Assembly: GCA_965222605.1 (NCBI GenBank)
Contig: OZ244960.1
Coordinates: 1,792,001-1,856,000, forward strand
DNA: 64,000 bases
Source of the DNA: Candidatus Latescibacterota bacterium
Lineage (GTDB): Bacteria; Latescibacterota; UBA2968
Direction: 5' to 3'
Shown: in pieces, positions 20,419 to 28,935 of the stretch
How the letters are laid out: the number at the start of each line of letters is the position of its first letter
Position numbering within the stretch: position 1 is the first letter of the stretch
Position numbers and translations under genes: made by a program
Notes under the pieces: model-generated
What the model saw: the letters and a program-made list of their open reading frames with translations, nothing else
Database searches by the model: none
What the model was told of the DNA's origin: nothing

Positions 20419-21672
20419 TCAATGCCCACCATGTCCACCAACATCCCCACGCATCCCCGCCAGTGCAGCCTTCAAATTGCTCTCCGAATCAATCAAAAAT
20501 TGCGCCGAAGTCACAATCTCTTCCCCCGGATTTAGCCCGCGCAGCACCTCATAGCCATCTTCGGCCTCGACCCCGATGTGAATCTCGCGCGGTTCAAACC
20601 TGCCGTCTCCCTGGGCCATCACAACAACCCTGCGCGTCCCCGAATGGATCACTGCCTGAGCGGGTATCACAACACCCTTACGCGCAACCTCAGGACGAAT
20701 CACCACATCGGCATACATATCCGGTTTAAACGCACCATCTGCATTGTCAAAAACCATCCGCACCTGAACCGTGCGCGTCTTTTCATTCATAAACGGAAAA
20801 ATATAATCCACTTTGCCTTCAAATTGCTCGCCCGACAAATAAGACAGCGACACCTCTGCGCGCTGCCCTTTGGAAATCCATGGCATCTCGTATTCATACA
20901 CATCTGCATAAATCCACACCACCGACAGATCCGCAATGCGATACAGATGTTGCCCCGACCCGATGTACGCGCCCTCCAGCACATCTTTGTGCGTCACAAT
21001 GCCCGACCGAGGCGCCAGAATGGGCATTGTTCGCCCAACCTGTCGCGTCTTTTCCAACTCCGCAATCTGCCCCGCCGAAATATCCCAATACAACAATCTT
21101 TGCCGCGCAGCAGCGAGCAGGTCATCGGCACTGCGCGCCACATCTCGAGCCGCACCATCGCGCATTCTCTCCGCATAATTCAGAGCCGTCAAATACTCCT
21201 CCTGCGCCGCGACCAGTTCAGGGCTATAAAGCGCGAGCAAAGGCTGCCCCTTTTCCACCCACTGACCGGTATAATCCACATATAACTGCTCAACCCACCC
21301 GGCGATCTTGCTATTCACATCCATAATTCGCGTCTCGTCATAATCCACCCTGCCCACCGCGCGCACCGTGCGCCTCAAAGGCTGTTTCTTCACCACCATT
21401 GTCTTCACACCAATATTCTGAATCGTCGTGGGATCGATCTGCACATTTCCACTTTGCGCTGACGACGCATCAGCCTCCTTTTTCACCAGATCCATACCAC
21501 AAATGGGACAAGACCCGGGCTTATCCGATACCACTGTCGGGTGCATCGGACAAATATATGTTTTCAACGCCTGCACCTGCTCTGTATGCGTATCTCCCGA
21601 AATCCAGACTCCGCCAACAAATCCCGCGATCAATACCGCGATCAATGCTAAAATTGGAAGGAGGTATTTCAT
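20419..21672 (-). CDS. cusB: CusB-type membrane fusion protein with heavy-metal-binding domain
   Basis: YICPMHP...PGSCPICGMDL, YSPELVAAQEEYL, SAQFLIDSES. Confidence 0.92.
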   Translation of the reverse strand: MKYLLPILALIAVLIAGFVGGVWISGDTHTEQVQALKTYICPMHPTVVSDKPGSCPICGMDLVKKEADASSAQSGNVQIDPTTIQNIGVKTMVVKKQPLRRTVRAVGRVDYDETRIMDVNSKIAGWVEQLYVDYTGQWVEKGQPLLALYSPELVAAQEEYLTALNYAERMRDGAARDVARSADDLLAAARQRLLYWDISAGQIAELEKTRQVGRTMPILAPRSGIVTHKDVLEGAYIGSGQHLYRIADLSVVWIYADVYEYEMPWISKGQRAEVSLSYLSGEQFEGKVDYIFPFMNEKTRTVQVRMVFDNADGAFKPDMYADVVIRPEVARKGVVIPAQAVIHSGTRRVVVMAQGDGRFEPREIHIGVEAEDGYEVLRGLNPGEEIVTSAQFLIDSESNLKAALAGMRGDVGGHGGH

Positions 21673-21691
21673 ATCTCAACTCCTTGTTAGA

Positions 21692-21717
21692 GGGCAGGCA
21701 CAGGAGCCTGCCCCTAC
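21692..21717 (-). repeat. GTAG-family REP-like palindrome, copy 2
   Basis: Minus strand GTAGGGGCAGGCTCCTGTGCCTGCCC between the TolC gene and cusB. Confidence 0.65.
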
Positions 21718-21724
21718 CTTACAC

Positions 21725-22984
21725 CTAACGCCCCACCGCCGCCGCCAGATCTGCCACCCGCTTTTCATGCTCAATCACATGTCGATAATGTGCGATCTCA
21801 AAATTCAACAGCGTCATCTGATTGTTCAACAAAGTCAAAAAATCCACCTTATCCACCCGATACCCCGACAACGCCGACGCCAGCGACTGCCCTGCTTGAG
21901 GCAACATCGCCGTGCGAAACAACTCGGCACTTTCTCGGTGCTGTCTGGCCTCGATAATTAGACGCTGAATCTCGTAGTGAATCCCCTGGCGTTCAGCGGC
22001 CTTTTGAGCCTCAGCCTCTCGCATATTGGCCCGCGCTTCTGCAATCTGCTGGCGTTGCTTGCGCCCGCCAAACACGGGCAATGGAATGCCGACGCCAACA
22101 GATATAAAATCGCTTCCTTTCACTGGATCATTGGGCATAAACACGCGCTGGCGATACCCCAAATTCACCGTCATATCCGGCCAAAGATTTTTTTGTGCGA
22201 CCTCAACCTGCGCCTGCCACATCAAAATCGATTGCTCCATTGCCTTCAGAGATGGATGTGCCTCATCGGCCTGCGCCTGCAAGACATCAACCGTCAACGG
22301 CACACTCGAAAGACCAATAGTATCCGGCGGCGCGCCCAGAGGACTTTGCGGAGACCGATCCAACACCAGATTCAAACGCGCCTCTGCCAATTGTTTTTTA
22401 GCCCGAAGCGCAATCAACTCCGTATCCAGTTCTGACAGCGAAACCTGAGCTTTTAACACATCTTGTAGCAAACCCTTTCCAACGGCGTATTTCGTGCGGG
22501 CAATGCGAACCAGATCTTGCAACAACACCCGATTTCTTTCCGTTATAGCAATGGCGCGGGTCACATAAGCCAGTTCTAAAAAAGGTTGCTTGACCGCATT
22601 GGCAATTGCCAGTTCTCGGTCGCGCAACAACCATGCAACAGACTCTGATGCAAACTGCGCTGAACGCTCGCGCGCCCGCTGTTTTCCCGGTAAAGAAAAC
22701 TTCTGACTAAGCACAAATTGATTCCCACTCATCGGCGTACTGCTCAAATTGAAATTATTCAGCGGCACATTGCTCACCTCAAAGCGAAAAGACGGATCTT
22801 CCAGCGCGCCAGCCTGGGGAATTTTTGCTTCAAAAGCAGTCAATCGCGCCCGCAAAACCGACAAATTGGGATTATTTCTCAAAGCCTCTTGAATCAGCAC
22901 ATCCAGATCCAGTTCATCTGCCCGCACAGGCAAAATAGATATACCCATGAGGCATAGTCCGATCATGGCTCGAATTGCATACAC
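21725..22984 (-). CDS. TolC/CusC family outer-membrane efflux protein
   Basis: Signal peptide, AL.NNP.L, QKF..PGK, helical OEP repeats; position in the cus operon. Confidence 0.9.
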   Translation of the reverse strand: MYAIRAMIGLCLMGISILPVRADELDLDVLIQEALRNNPNLSVLRARLTAFEAKIPQAGALEDPSFRFEVSNVPLNNFNLSSTPMSGNQFVLSQKFSLPGKQRARERSAQFASESVAWLLRDRELAIANAVKQPFLELAYVTRAIAITERNRVLLQDLVRIARTKYAVGKGLLQDVLKAQVSLSELDTELIALRAKKQLAEARLNLVLDRSPQSPLGAPPDTIGLSSVPLTVDVLQAQADEAHPSLKAMEQSILMWQAQVEVAQKNLWPDMTVNLGYRQRVFMPNDPVKGSDFISVGVGIPLPVFGGRKQRQQIAEARANMREAEAQKAAERQGIHYEIQRLIIEARQHRESAELFRTAMLPQAGQSLASALSGYRVDKVDFLTLLNNQMTLLNFEIAHYRHVIEHEKRVADLAAAVGR

Positions 22985-23119
22985 AAGCCACCTCCAGAGA
23001 ATTTGTCAAAAAAAGAAAAACATCCGCAAAAAAGACATCATGCGGCAGAAAAAACGACCGTTTGGGAATATTTTGTACACACCTATCCCCAAACGCCATT
23101 TAAGCGCAGGAAGGAAAAA

Positions 23120-23491
23120 TCAGATGAGAAATGTAGCGTGGAGAAGGTACAGATCGGGCGGTGATTGCAAAGGTCTCTGGCGATCATACGCCACAAAAGG
23201 AAGGAAATTACTCTGGGAAAGAACAACAGCGGGATACAACGTCACACATGTCAAATCCAACTTTGGATTTTGCCATCCACCGGGCAAAACAGCCACATCG
23301 CCCGCCGGCATCTCCTGATCGACTGCCGCCTCTTTGCTACAACAGCAATCTTTCATCTCTGCTGCAGCATGACATTCTGGCATCGAAGCCTGATGCGCCC
23401 AACACAGACAGGGCGCAATGGTTCCAATGAGCGTCAGCGCGACAACCGCACGCAGCACAATGCCAGTAAAAATGTGAGTAAAACGTCGCAA
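23120..23491 (-). CDS. Small Cys/His-rich exported protein leading the cus operon
   Basis: Hydrophobic N-terminus, CLC, CH, CCC, C-terminal SPPDLYLLHATFLI. Confidence 0.7.
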   Translation of the reverse strand: MRRFTHIFTGIVLRAVVALTLIGTIAPCLCWAHQASMPECHAAAEMKDCCCSKEAAVDQEMPAGDVAVLPGGWQNPKLDLTCVTLYPAVVLSQSNFLPFVAYDRQRPLQSPPDLYLLHATFLI

Positions 23492-23516
23492 AAAGTATCC
23501 CCTATTTCTACCTGAG

Positions 23517-24281
23517 CTATATTTCCCTCAGCTCAGGCCATTTAATTTTTTTTTGGGTATCTGGATTGTAAAGTATCAATCCCCCTTGTGCAGCAATCTG
23601 TTCAAGGGTTAAATCGGTTAATACCGGTGCGATATGCTGTATCAGATCGCCATGCACGGATTTAAAGGCCCTTTTTGTTCCGTAATGTAAATCTACTGAA
23701 ATCCTCGCTGGAATCCAAGACTCATCATACATCTGTTTGAGTTTCTCGGCAGTTTCTGTTGATAATCTGAATGTTTCCTGGTTATCAGAAATACTGCAAT
23801 GAATCACTATCCACGGGTCTTCTGAGCGCCACCTGGGCGGCTCCGGCGATTCTAACAGACGCATCGCCCGTTCCGTGAGGGCTTTGTACTCTCTTACTTC
23901 TTGTCCCCGTAAGCCATAAGAGACTCCAAATTGAACGGCGATATCTCGATCAGAGTAAGTAAAAGGTACATATTTCTCTTGAAAATGTTGTTTAATATCG
24001 TGTTCCTTTTGTTCAAGGAAGTCCTGGATGTACTCTTGATCGAGATCTTCCTTGCCAACGATATCGACAAAGCTGAGAACTGCATTATTTCTCGGCACTA
24101 AATCTACAGATTCTGCGATTAGTTTGCCTGGATTCTCATAGACGATCTGGTCAATGATATTTCTATTGTCTTGCATATCTTCGGGAAGTTCACGCTCTTC
24201 GTGCTGGTGGAGAAAAGCATTGATACCGACCTCAACCTTCTCACCTTTTATTCGTCGAACCCGGTGAGCTATGAGATACAT
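23517..24281 (-). CDS. Hypothetical protein (third gene of coupled cassette)
   Basis: 254-aa ORF; start overlaps the upstream stop (TGATG). Confidence 0.75.
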   Translation of the reverse strand: MYLIAHRVRRIKGEKVEVGINAFLHQHEERELPEDMQDNRNIIDQIVYENPGKLIAESVDLVPRNNAVLSFVDIVGKEDLDQEYIQDFLEQKEHDIKQHFQEKYVPFTYSDRDIAVQFGVSYGLRGQEVREYKALTERAMRLLESPEPPRWRSEDPWIVIHCSISDNQETFRLSTETAEKLKQMYDESWIPARISVDLHYGTKRAFKSVHGDLIQHIAPVLTDLTLEQIAAQGGLILYNPDTQKKIKWPELREI

Positions 24282-24715
24282 CAGGCCACCTCCCTAAACA
24301 TGCGAATCAGTTTACTGGAATCGGAATCTCTACAGACTTCTTCATCACCCCAACCGCTATGCGGTAAAGTTGTGCTGGTGTTGTGATCTGGTAAAAGCAA
24401 GTATATTTGATATTGAAGTTCACGTAGTTCTTCAGCGATCTCTGGATGTGGATCCTGACTGAGGGCTTTGGTTACGATTTCCCTTGCCTTTTGAGGCTGG
24501 TTGCAGTCTAATGCCAGTGTTCCAGCACTGCGGTGTAATACCGAGTACGTTGGTTCGATTCGTTCCTCTGCTTCTAATTTAGAGATTGCCATAAGTTCAT
24601 TTTCTAATGCCTTCTCAAAAAATTTGATCGAATCTTCTATGTGGCCTCTTATTTGCGCCATAAAGGCGCGTTCCGCAAAATCCATGGCTTTATTGTGAGA
24701 ATCGCTAACACTCAT
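24281..24715 (-). CDS. TPR-like helical hypothetical protein
   Basis: H.KAM.FAE.A, EPTYSVLHRSAGTLAL.C, P.PEIAEELREL helical pattern; ATGA overlap with the upstream gene. Confidence 0.75.
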   Translation of the reverse strand: MSVSDSHNKAMDFAERAFMAQIRGHIEDSIKFFEKALENELMAISKLEAEERIEPTYSVLHRSAGTLALDCNQPQKAREIVTKALSQDPHPEIAEELRELQYQIYLLLPDHNTSTTLPHSGWGDEEVCRDSDSSKLIRMFREVA

Positions 24716-25224
24716 TTTTTCTCAACCTCAGCAAGGGGATGTCCAAATTCAACTACGATTACATAAGCTGGTAGTGACCCGTCTGATCGGTTGGTCTGTT
24801 TTAGCTTCTGCCTTATTCTCGCTTTTACGTCCCTTTTGCTTCCTCTGCGAATACCCGATATTTCCAGTCTCGCCTTTTTCTGGAAAAGATTAGATTCCTC
24901 TCCCAGCCAGTAATCGAAGCCAGTGTCTATTCTTGAACGCTCAATCACTGTGTAGCCGATCTCCTTCTGCGCCAGTAGAACCGCAATACCCATTGCACCG
25001 AATTCAGTGGCCTCCCTTGGATCATTCCAACACCTGCGGGTCTGATCAGTAATTGTAGGCCATGTCAGGGGATAGCTATTATTACTGTACCCTTGAACGC
25101 TAAGTTGGACACCTTGCTCATGATTCTGTGATTCCAAGCATACGCCACCTGCCTGTGCCAATCCCATGCCGAATTCCGATGTGATAGCTGGGAGGCCATA
25201 ACCAAGATCATTTAAATCTAACAT
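24712..25224 (-). CDS. Putative PD-(D/E)XK-fold nuclease-like protein
   Basis: EATEFGA helix, GFDYWL, ARLEISG motif order E...D...ExS. Confidence 0.6.
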   Translation of the reverse strand: MLDLNDLGYGLPAITSEFGMGLAQAGGVCLESQNHEQGVQLSVQGYSNNSYPLTWPTITDQTRRCWNDPREATEFGAMGIAVLLAQKEIGYTVIERSRIDTGFDYWLGEESNLFQKKARLEISGIRRGSKRDVKARIRQKLKQTNRSDGSLPAYVIVVEFGHPLAEVEKK

Positions 25225-25387
25225 ATACTCAAATTATTCCGTTACTGCGGAAGAAAACACGACCTGCGATATCTTATGCTTGCTCTTCAAGTAATTTTCA
25301 CTGGACATTTTTGCCACCCTTGCCGGGGTGGACAGCCAACTAAAGAATAGCCAGAAATGATTATTCCGTCAAGCATATCCTATCTTT

Positions 25388-26086
25388 TTACCACCACCCT
25401 CGCCGTCGGCCTCGCCGCCCGCGGTCATTTTCCCGGTCTTCGGGTGTCTCGCCAATCACAATATCAAAATTTGCCGTCAATTCGCCAATCTCAGATTCGG
25501 GCAATGGCTTAAACGGTACTGACAGCAAATCGTGAGAAGCGCGACCAGAATTTCGAAATATAGAATCTCCCTCATTATCCGGATTGTCTTTCACGTACAA
25601 CTGCGAGGTCAACAGCCGGTGTCCATTTTTGTTGATCGCAAAATGAATATGAGCGGTCCGCGCACCTGAATACCGCACGGGCTTAATCGTCCGAAAGCGG
25701 TATTCACCCGTAGATCCCGTCTCAAAACGCCCAAAACCCTGAAAATTTGTATCGCGCCTATTGCGCCGCGGAGCATCAGTATGAATATAAACACCATTGC
25801 TATCGACCTGCCAGATCTCCACTATGGCATTCTTTACGGGATTGGTTTTCACATCCAAAACGCGCCCGGTCAAATGCGTAATCTCCCCCACGGCTGGCGT
25901 AATTGCATCGTTGATTATCACGAGATCATTATCGACATCCAGCGGCATCTCATCCGGATAAAACGGTCCCTCGGTCTGCCGGGGCGTTCGTACCAGTTGC
26001 TCGGCAAAAACCCCTGGTGTCACAAAAACCGCCGCACCTAATGTGGCGGATTGATAGAGAAAACGTCGGCGATTAACAGACATCAC
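25388..26086 (-). CDS. Tat-exported intradiol ring-cleavage dioxygenase family protein
   Basis: NRRRFL Tat motif, TEGPFY, EIWQ.D.NG.Y, TIKP..Y, RTAHIH (2 Tyr + 2 His iron ligands). Confidence 0.9.
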   Translation of the reverse strand: MMSVNRRRFLYQSATLGAAVFVTPGVFAEQLVRTPRQTEGPFYPDEMPLDVDNDLVIINDAITPAVGEITHLTGRVLDVKTNPVKNAIVEIWQVDSNGVYIHTDAPRRNRRDTNFQGFGRFETGSTGEYRFRTIKPVRYSGARTAHIHFAINKNGHRLLTSQLYVKDNPDNEGDSIFRNSGRASHDLLSVPFKPLPESEIGELTANFDIVIGETPEDRENDRGRRGRRRGWW

Positions 26087-26772
26087 GGCCTCCTTATTTC
26101 CACATACCGCTCCAGACGTGCGACTTCGCCATCATCGACGTACTTGCCGATTTCGCGCCGGAACTGCTCTATACTCGAATACGGACGATACTCCTGAAAC
26201 TCGCGTGCCATCCGCCTTCCCACACCGGGGATGGCGAGGATTTCCTCTCTGGTAGCTGTGTTCAAGTCGATAGGCACAAAAACATACTGCTCCATCCGAG
26301 CGACCTCGGTATCATCTACGTATTTGCCCATCTCACGGCGCCATTGAGCGATAGCCGTATAAGGACGGTACTCCTCAAACTCGTGCGCCATCCGTTTTCC
26401 CACGCCAGGCACCAGAAGAATCTCCACCTCGCTGGCAGTGTTCAGATTAATCGGAATGAACATCTGAACGTAAAGTTTCTCGGCCGCCTCCTGGTCAAGA
26501 TGCTGCGTGACGACCGGGTGCAATGCTACCATACCGAGGAACGGACGCTGCTCCATAATCGCGTCAACGAGTTCCTTGCTCATACCGGGAAGCGCGCCGA
26601 GTTCATCGGCTCCTGCGAAATTTGGATTGACAACCACCATCGCGCTACTCGCGGCTTCTTCCGCGGGAGCTGTCTCATCTGCATTCGCCCCATCAGAACT
26701 CCAGATCAGCGCAAAACACACAAGTAACACCGCTATGTTGGTAAACTTCACGCTTCTTCCGCAAATATTCAT
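26083..26772 (-). CDS. Secreted protein with three helix-hairpin-helix (ComEA/PsbU-like) repeats
   Basis: Signal peptide, then [NLNTA..EIL..PGVG.RMA.EF.EYRPY] repeats; start ATG 26772 after GAGGAG. Confidence 0.85.
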   Translation of the reverse strand: MNICGRSVKFTNIAVLLVCFALIWSSDGANADETAPAEEAASSAMVVVNPNFAGADELGALPGMSKELVDAIMEQRPFLGMVALHPVVTQHLDQEAAEKLYVQMFIPINLNTASEVEILLVPGVGKRMAHEFEEYRPYTAIAQWRREMGKYVDDTEVARMEQYVFVPIDLNTATREEILAIPGVGRRMAREFQEYRPYSSIEQFRREIGKYVDDGEVARLERYVEIRRP

Positions 26773-27248
26773 ATCTCCTCCTGAGAATTCCTCGCCCCGC
26801 CGGAACTCAAACCGGAATGGCGAAAACAAACCGCTAAACCGAGCAGCCCGAGAAGTGTCATCGTACCTGGTGCCAGCGACGGAGTAGCACCACCCAGAGC
26901 CTCCCAAACGAGCTCAAGCCCACCGCGGGATGGATACATCTCCAACTCGAACTCGACGTTTCCCTTGTAGTGAAGCCACTGACCGACAAAGCCCGAAACA
27001 ACGAACAGCACCATCAAAATCTGAAAAACGCGGACACTCGTCACGCCAGGTGCGACAAGAAGCCAGCCAGCGCACGGAAGTGCCGCCACAAAGAGCACGA
27101 GGGGCACCCACTGCCAGAAATCCTCCATATGTTCAAGGAGGACAAGCTCGGCTCCCGTGCCAACAATTCCCATTATCAAAATAACGAGAATGAAACGCCG
27201 AAGCATGTCGATGTCTTCTCGCCGAGATCGTTGGGTTGAGGTATCCAA
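26769..27248 (-). CDS. Hypothetical membrane protein (about four TM segments)
   Basis: Hydrophobic helices; ELVLLEH, H..GN.EFELE, GATPSLAPG motifs. Confidence 0.8.
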   Translation of the reverse strand: MDTSTQRSRREDIDMLRRFILVILIMGIVGTGAELVLLEHMEDFWQWVPLVLFVAALPCAGWLLVAPGVTSVRVFQILMVLFVVSGFVGQWLHYKGNVEFELEMYPSRGGLELVWEALGGATPSLAPGTMTLLGLLGLAVCFRHSGLSSGGARNSQEEI

Positions 27249-27404
27249 AACGCATTCCTATTTTTTCAGCACTGATCCTTAGACCACGCAATACGCCAAA
27301 ACGTTCCCATCCACCATCGTCCATCCCATATCTAAATCCCTTTATTTTTTCGCATTGAGAATTATATTTAAATGTTCACAATTCATTCTCAAAAGGAGAC
27401 GACA

Positions 27405-27782
27405 ATGAAAAAACAACCCTTCACCAGCAAACGCGGCAACATCCCCAAATTCCCCTACTCGCAAGCCATAATCTACGGCGACCTCATCTTCATCTCTGCT
27501 CAACCCCCGGTTGATCCGGAAACCGATGAAATTGTCGGAGACGATATCAAAACGCAAACCCGGTGCATTCTCACCAATATCTCGGGCATTCTCGAAGACG
27601 CGGGAACATCGCTCGACAACGTTCTGAAAGTAACAGCCATCCTCAAAGATCGCTCTCTTTTTTCGGACTTCAACGACGCCTACGCCGAATTTTTTCCCGA
27701 AAACGCACCCACGCGCACCCCCATCTTCGGCGATACTGGCGCACATCTGGTACTCCTCGACGTCATTGCAGGGATGGAGTAA
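27405..27782 (+). CDS. RidA/YjgF family protein
   Basis: PYSQA, QT...L.NI...L..AG..L..V.KVT, F..FN.AY..FF....P.R; AGGAG RBS. Confidence 0.88.
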   Translation: MKKQPFTSKRGNIPKFPYSQAIIYGDLIFISAQPPVDPETDEIVGDDIKTQTRCILTNISGILEDAGTSLDNVLKVTAILKDRSLFSDFNDAYAEFFPENAPTRTPIFGDTGAHLVLLDVIAGME

Positions 27783-28791
27783 TCTGAATCGCCAACTTAC
27801 TCCCCACGCGAATCGCCTGCAACATATTCACGGCTTTGGCAACGCCCTTGCCCGCGATATCATAAGCCGTACCGTGATCCACAGACGCCCGCACAATCGG
27901 CAGCCCCAGCGTCACATTGACGGCCTCATCAAACGCCACCAGCTTTGCGGGCACATGACCTTGATCGTGATACATCGCCACCACGCCGTCGTAAAGCCCA
28001 TTATAAACCTTTAAAAAAGTCGTATCTGCAGGCAACGGACCGTCAACGCGCCAGCCTTCGCTCAAAGCCTTTTCAACTGCGGGACGGACGATCTCCGTAT
28101 CTTCGCTGCCGAACAAGCCATTTTCGCCCGCGTGTGGATTTAACCCGCATACCGCAATCCTCGGGTCTATCTTCCCCATGCCGACAAGCACATCGCGGGT
28201 CAGCCGAACAGTCTCGTAAATCAGATCGACTGTAAGCCTATCTGGAACCTCGTGCAATGCAATATGTCCCGTCACATGCGACACATTCATGCGATCAGAT
28301 ACCAGCATAAGATGTGCGCGTCCTGCACCTGATTTTTCAGCCAACAATTCCGTATGCCCCGCGTAGGGATAACCCGCCAGATTCATCGCCTCCTTATTTA
28401 AAGGCGCCGTCACAATACCGTCAATTCGATCCGCCATCGCCAGATCAACCGCGCGAATCACCCACTCAGCCGCTGCTCTTCCCGCCTCGCGACACACCTC
28501 GCCCATTTCGACCTGATCCACATCCACATCCACCGGGCACCAGACGTCAACGCACCCAAATTCAAACGCGCCATCTTCAGGTCCATCCACCACCCGCACA
28601 TCCAGTCGCACACCGGCCATAGCCATATCGCGTTTCAATATTTTCGGATGCCCAATAACCAATGGCTTGCATACGCAATAGCTTTCCTCACGCGCCAGAG
28701 CCTTCAAAATCACTTCTGGCCCTATACCACACGGATCGCCCATCGTAATGCCCATCAGAGGGCGTTTGTCCAAACCGTCTTTCTCAAGCAT
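27763..28791 (-). CDS. pdxA: 4-hydroxythreonine-4-phosphate dehydrogenase family
   Basis: TMGDPCGIGPE, TAPLNK, GHTE, GLNPHAGE, MYHDQG, VDHGTA; start codon uncertain. Confidence 0.92.
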   Translation of the reverse strand: MLEKDGLDKRPLMGITMGDPCGIGPEVILKALAREESYCVCKPLVIGHPKILKRDMAMAGVRLDVRVVDGPEDGAFEFGCVDVWCPVDVDVDQVEMGEVCREAGRAAAEWVIRAVDLAMADRIDGIVTAPLNKEAMNLAGYPYAGHTELLAEKSGAGRAHLMLVSDRMNVSHVTGHIALHEVPDRLTVDLIYETVRLTRDVLVGMGKIDPRIAVCGLNPHAGENGLFGSEDTEIVRPAVEKALSEGWRVDGPLPADTTFLKVYNGLYDGVVAMYHDQGHVPAKLVAFDEAVNVTLGLPIVRASVDHGTAYDIAGKGVAKAVNMLQAIRVGSKLAIQITPSLQ

Positions 28792-28804
28792 AAAAAAATC
28801 CCAC

Positions 28805-28832
28805 AAAAAAGTGGCGACCCCAAAGCCGCCAC
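28805..28832 (-). terminator. Intrinsic terminator after RND pump + small peptide
   Basis: GTGGCGGC-TTTGGG-GTCGCCAC-TTTTTT on the minus strand. Confidence 0.75.
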
Positions 28833-28837
28833 AATCG

Positions 28838-28915
28838 TTATTTCTCCTTTCCCTGCCACCTCACTACCAGAGCCGCAATTATATACACAGCAATCAGGCT
28901 AATCACTATTTCCAT
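28838..28915 (-). CDS. Unannotated 25-aa single-pass membrane peptide MEIVISLIAVYIIAALVVRWQGKEK
   Basis: AGAGGA RBS, ATG, ~18 hydrophobic residues, basic tail, TAA, then a terminator. Confidence 0.7.
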   Translation of the reverse strand: MEIVISLIAVYIIAALVVRWQGKEK

Positions 28916-28935
28916 TACGCATCCTCTTTAAATAA

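Noticed and set aside
27763-27782. 20-bp convergent overlap of ridA-like gene and pdxA
   Set aside because: Short tail-to-tail overlaps are common; no evidence of function
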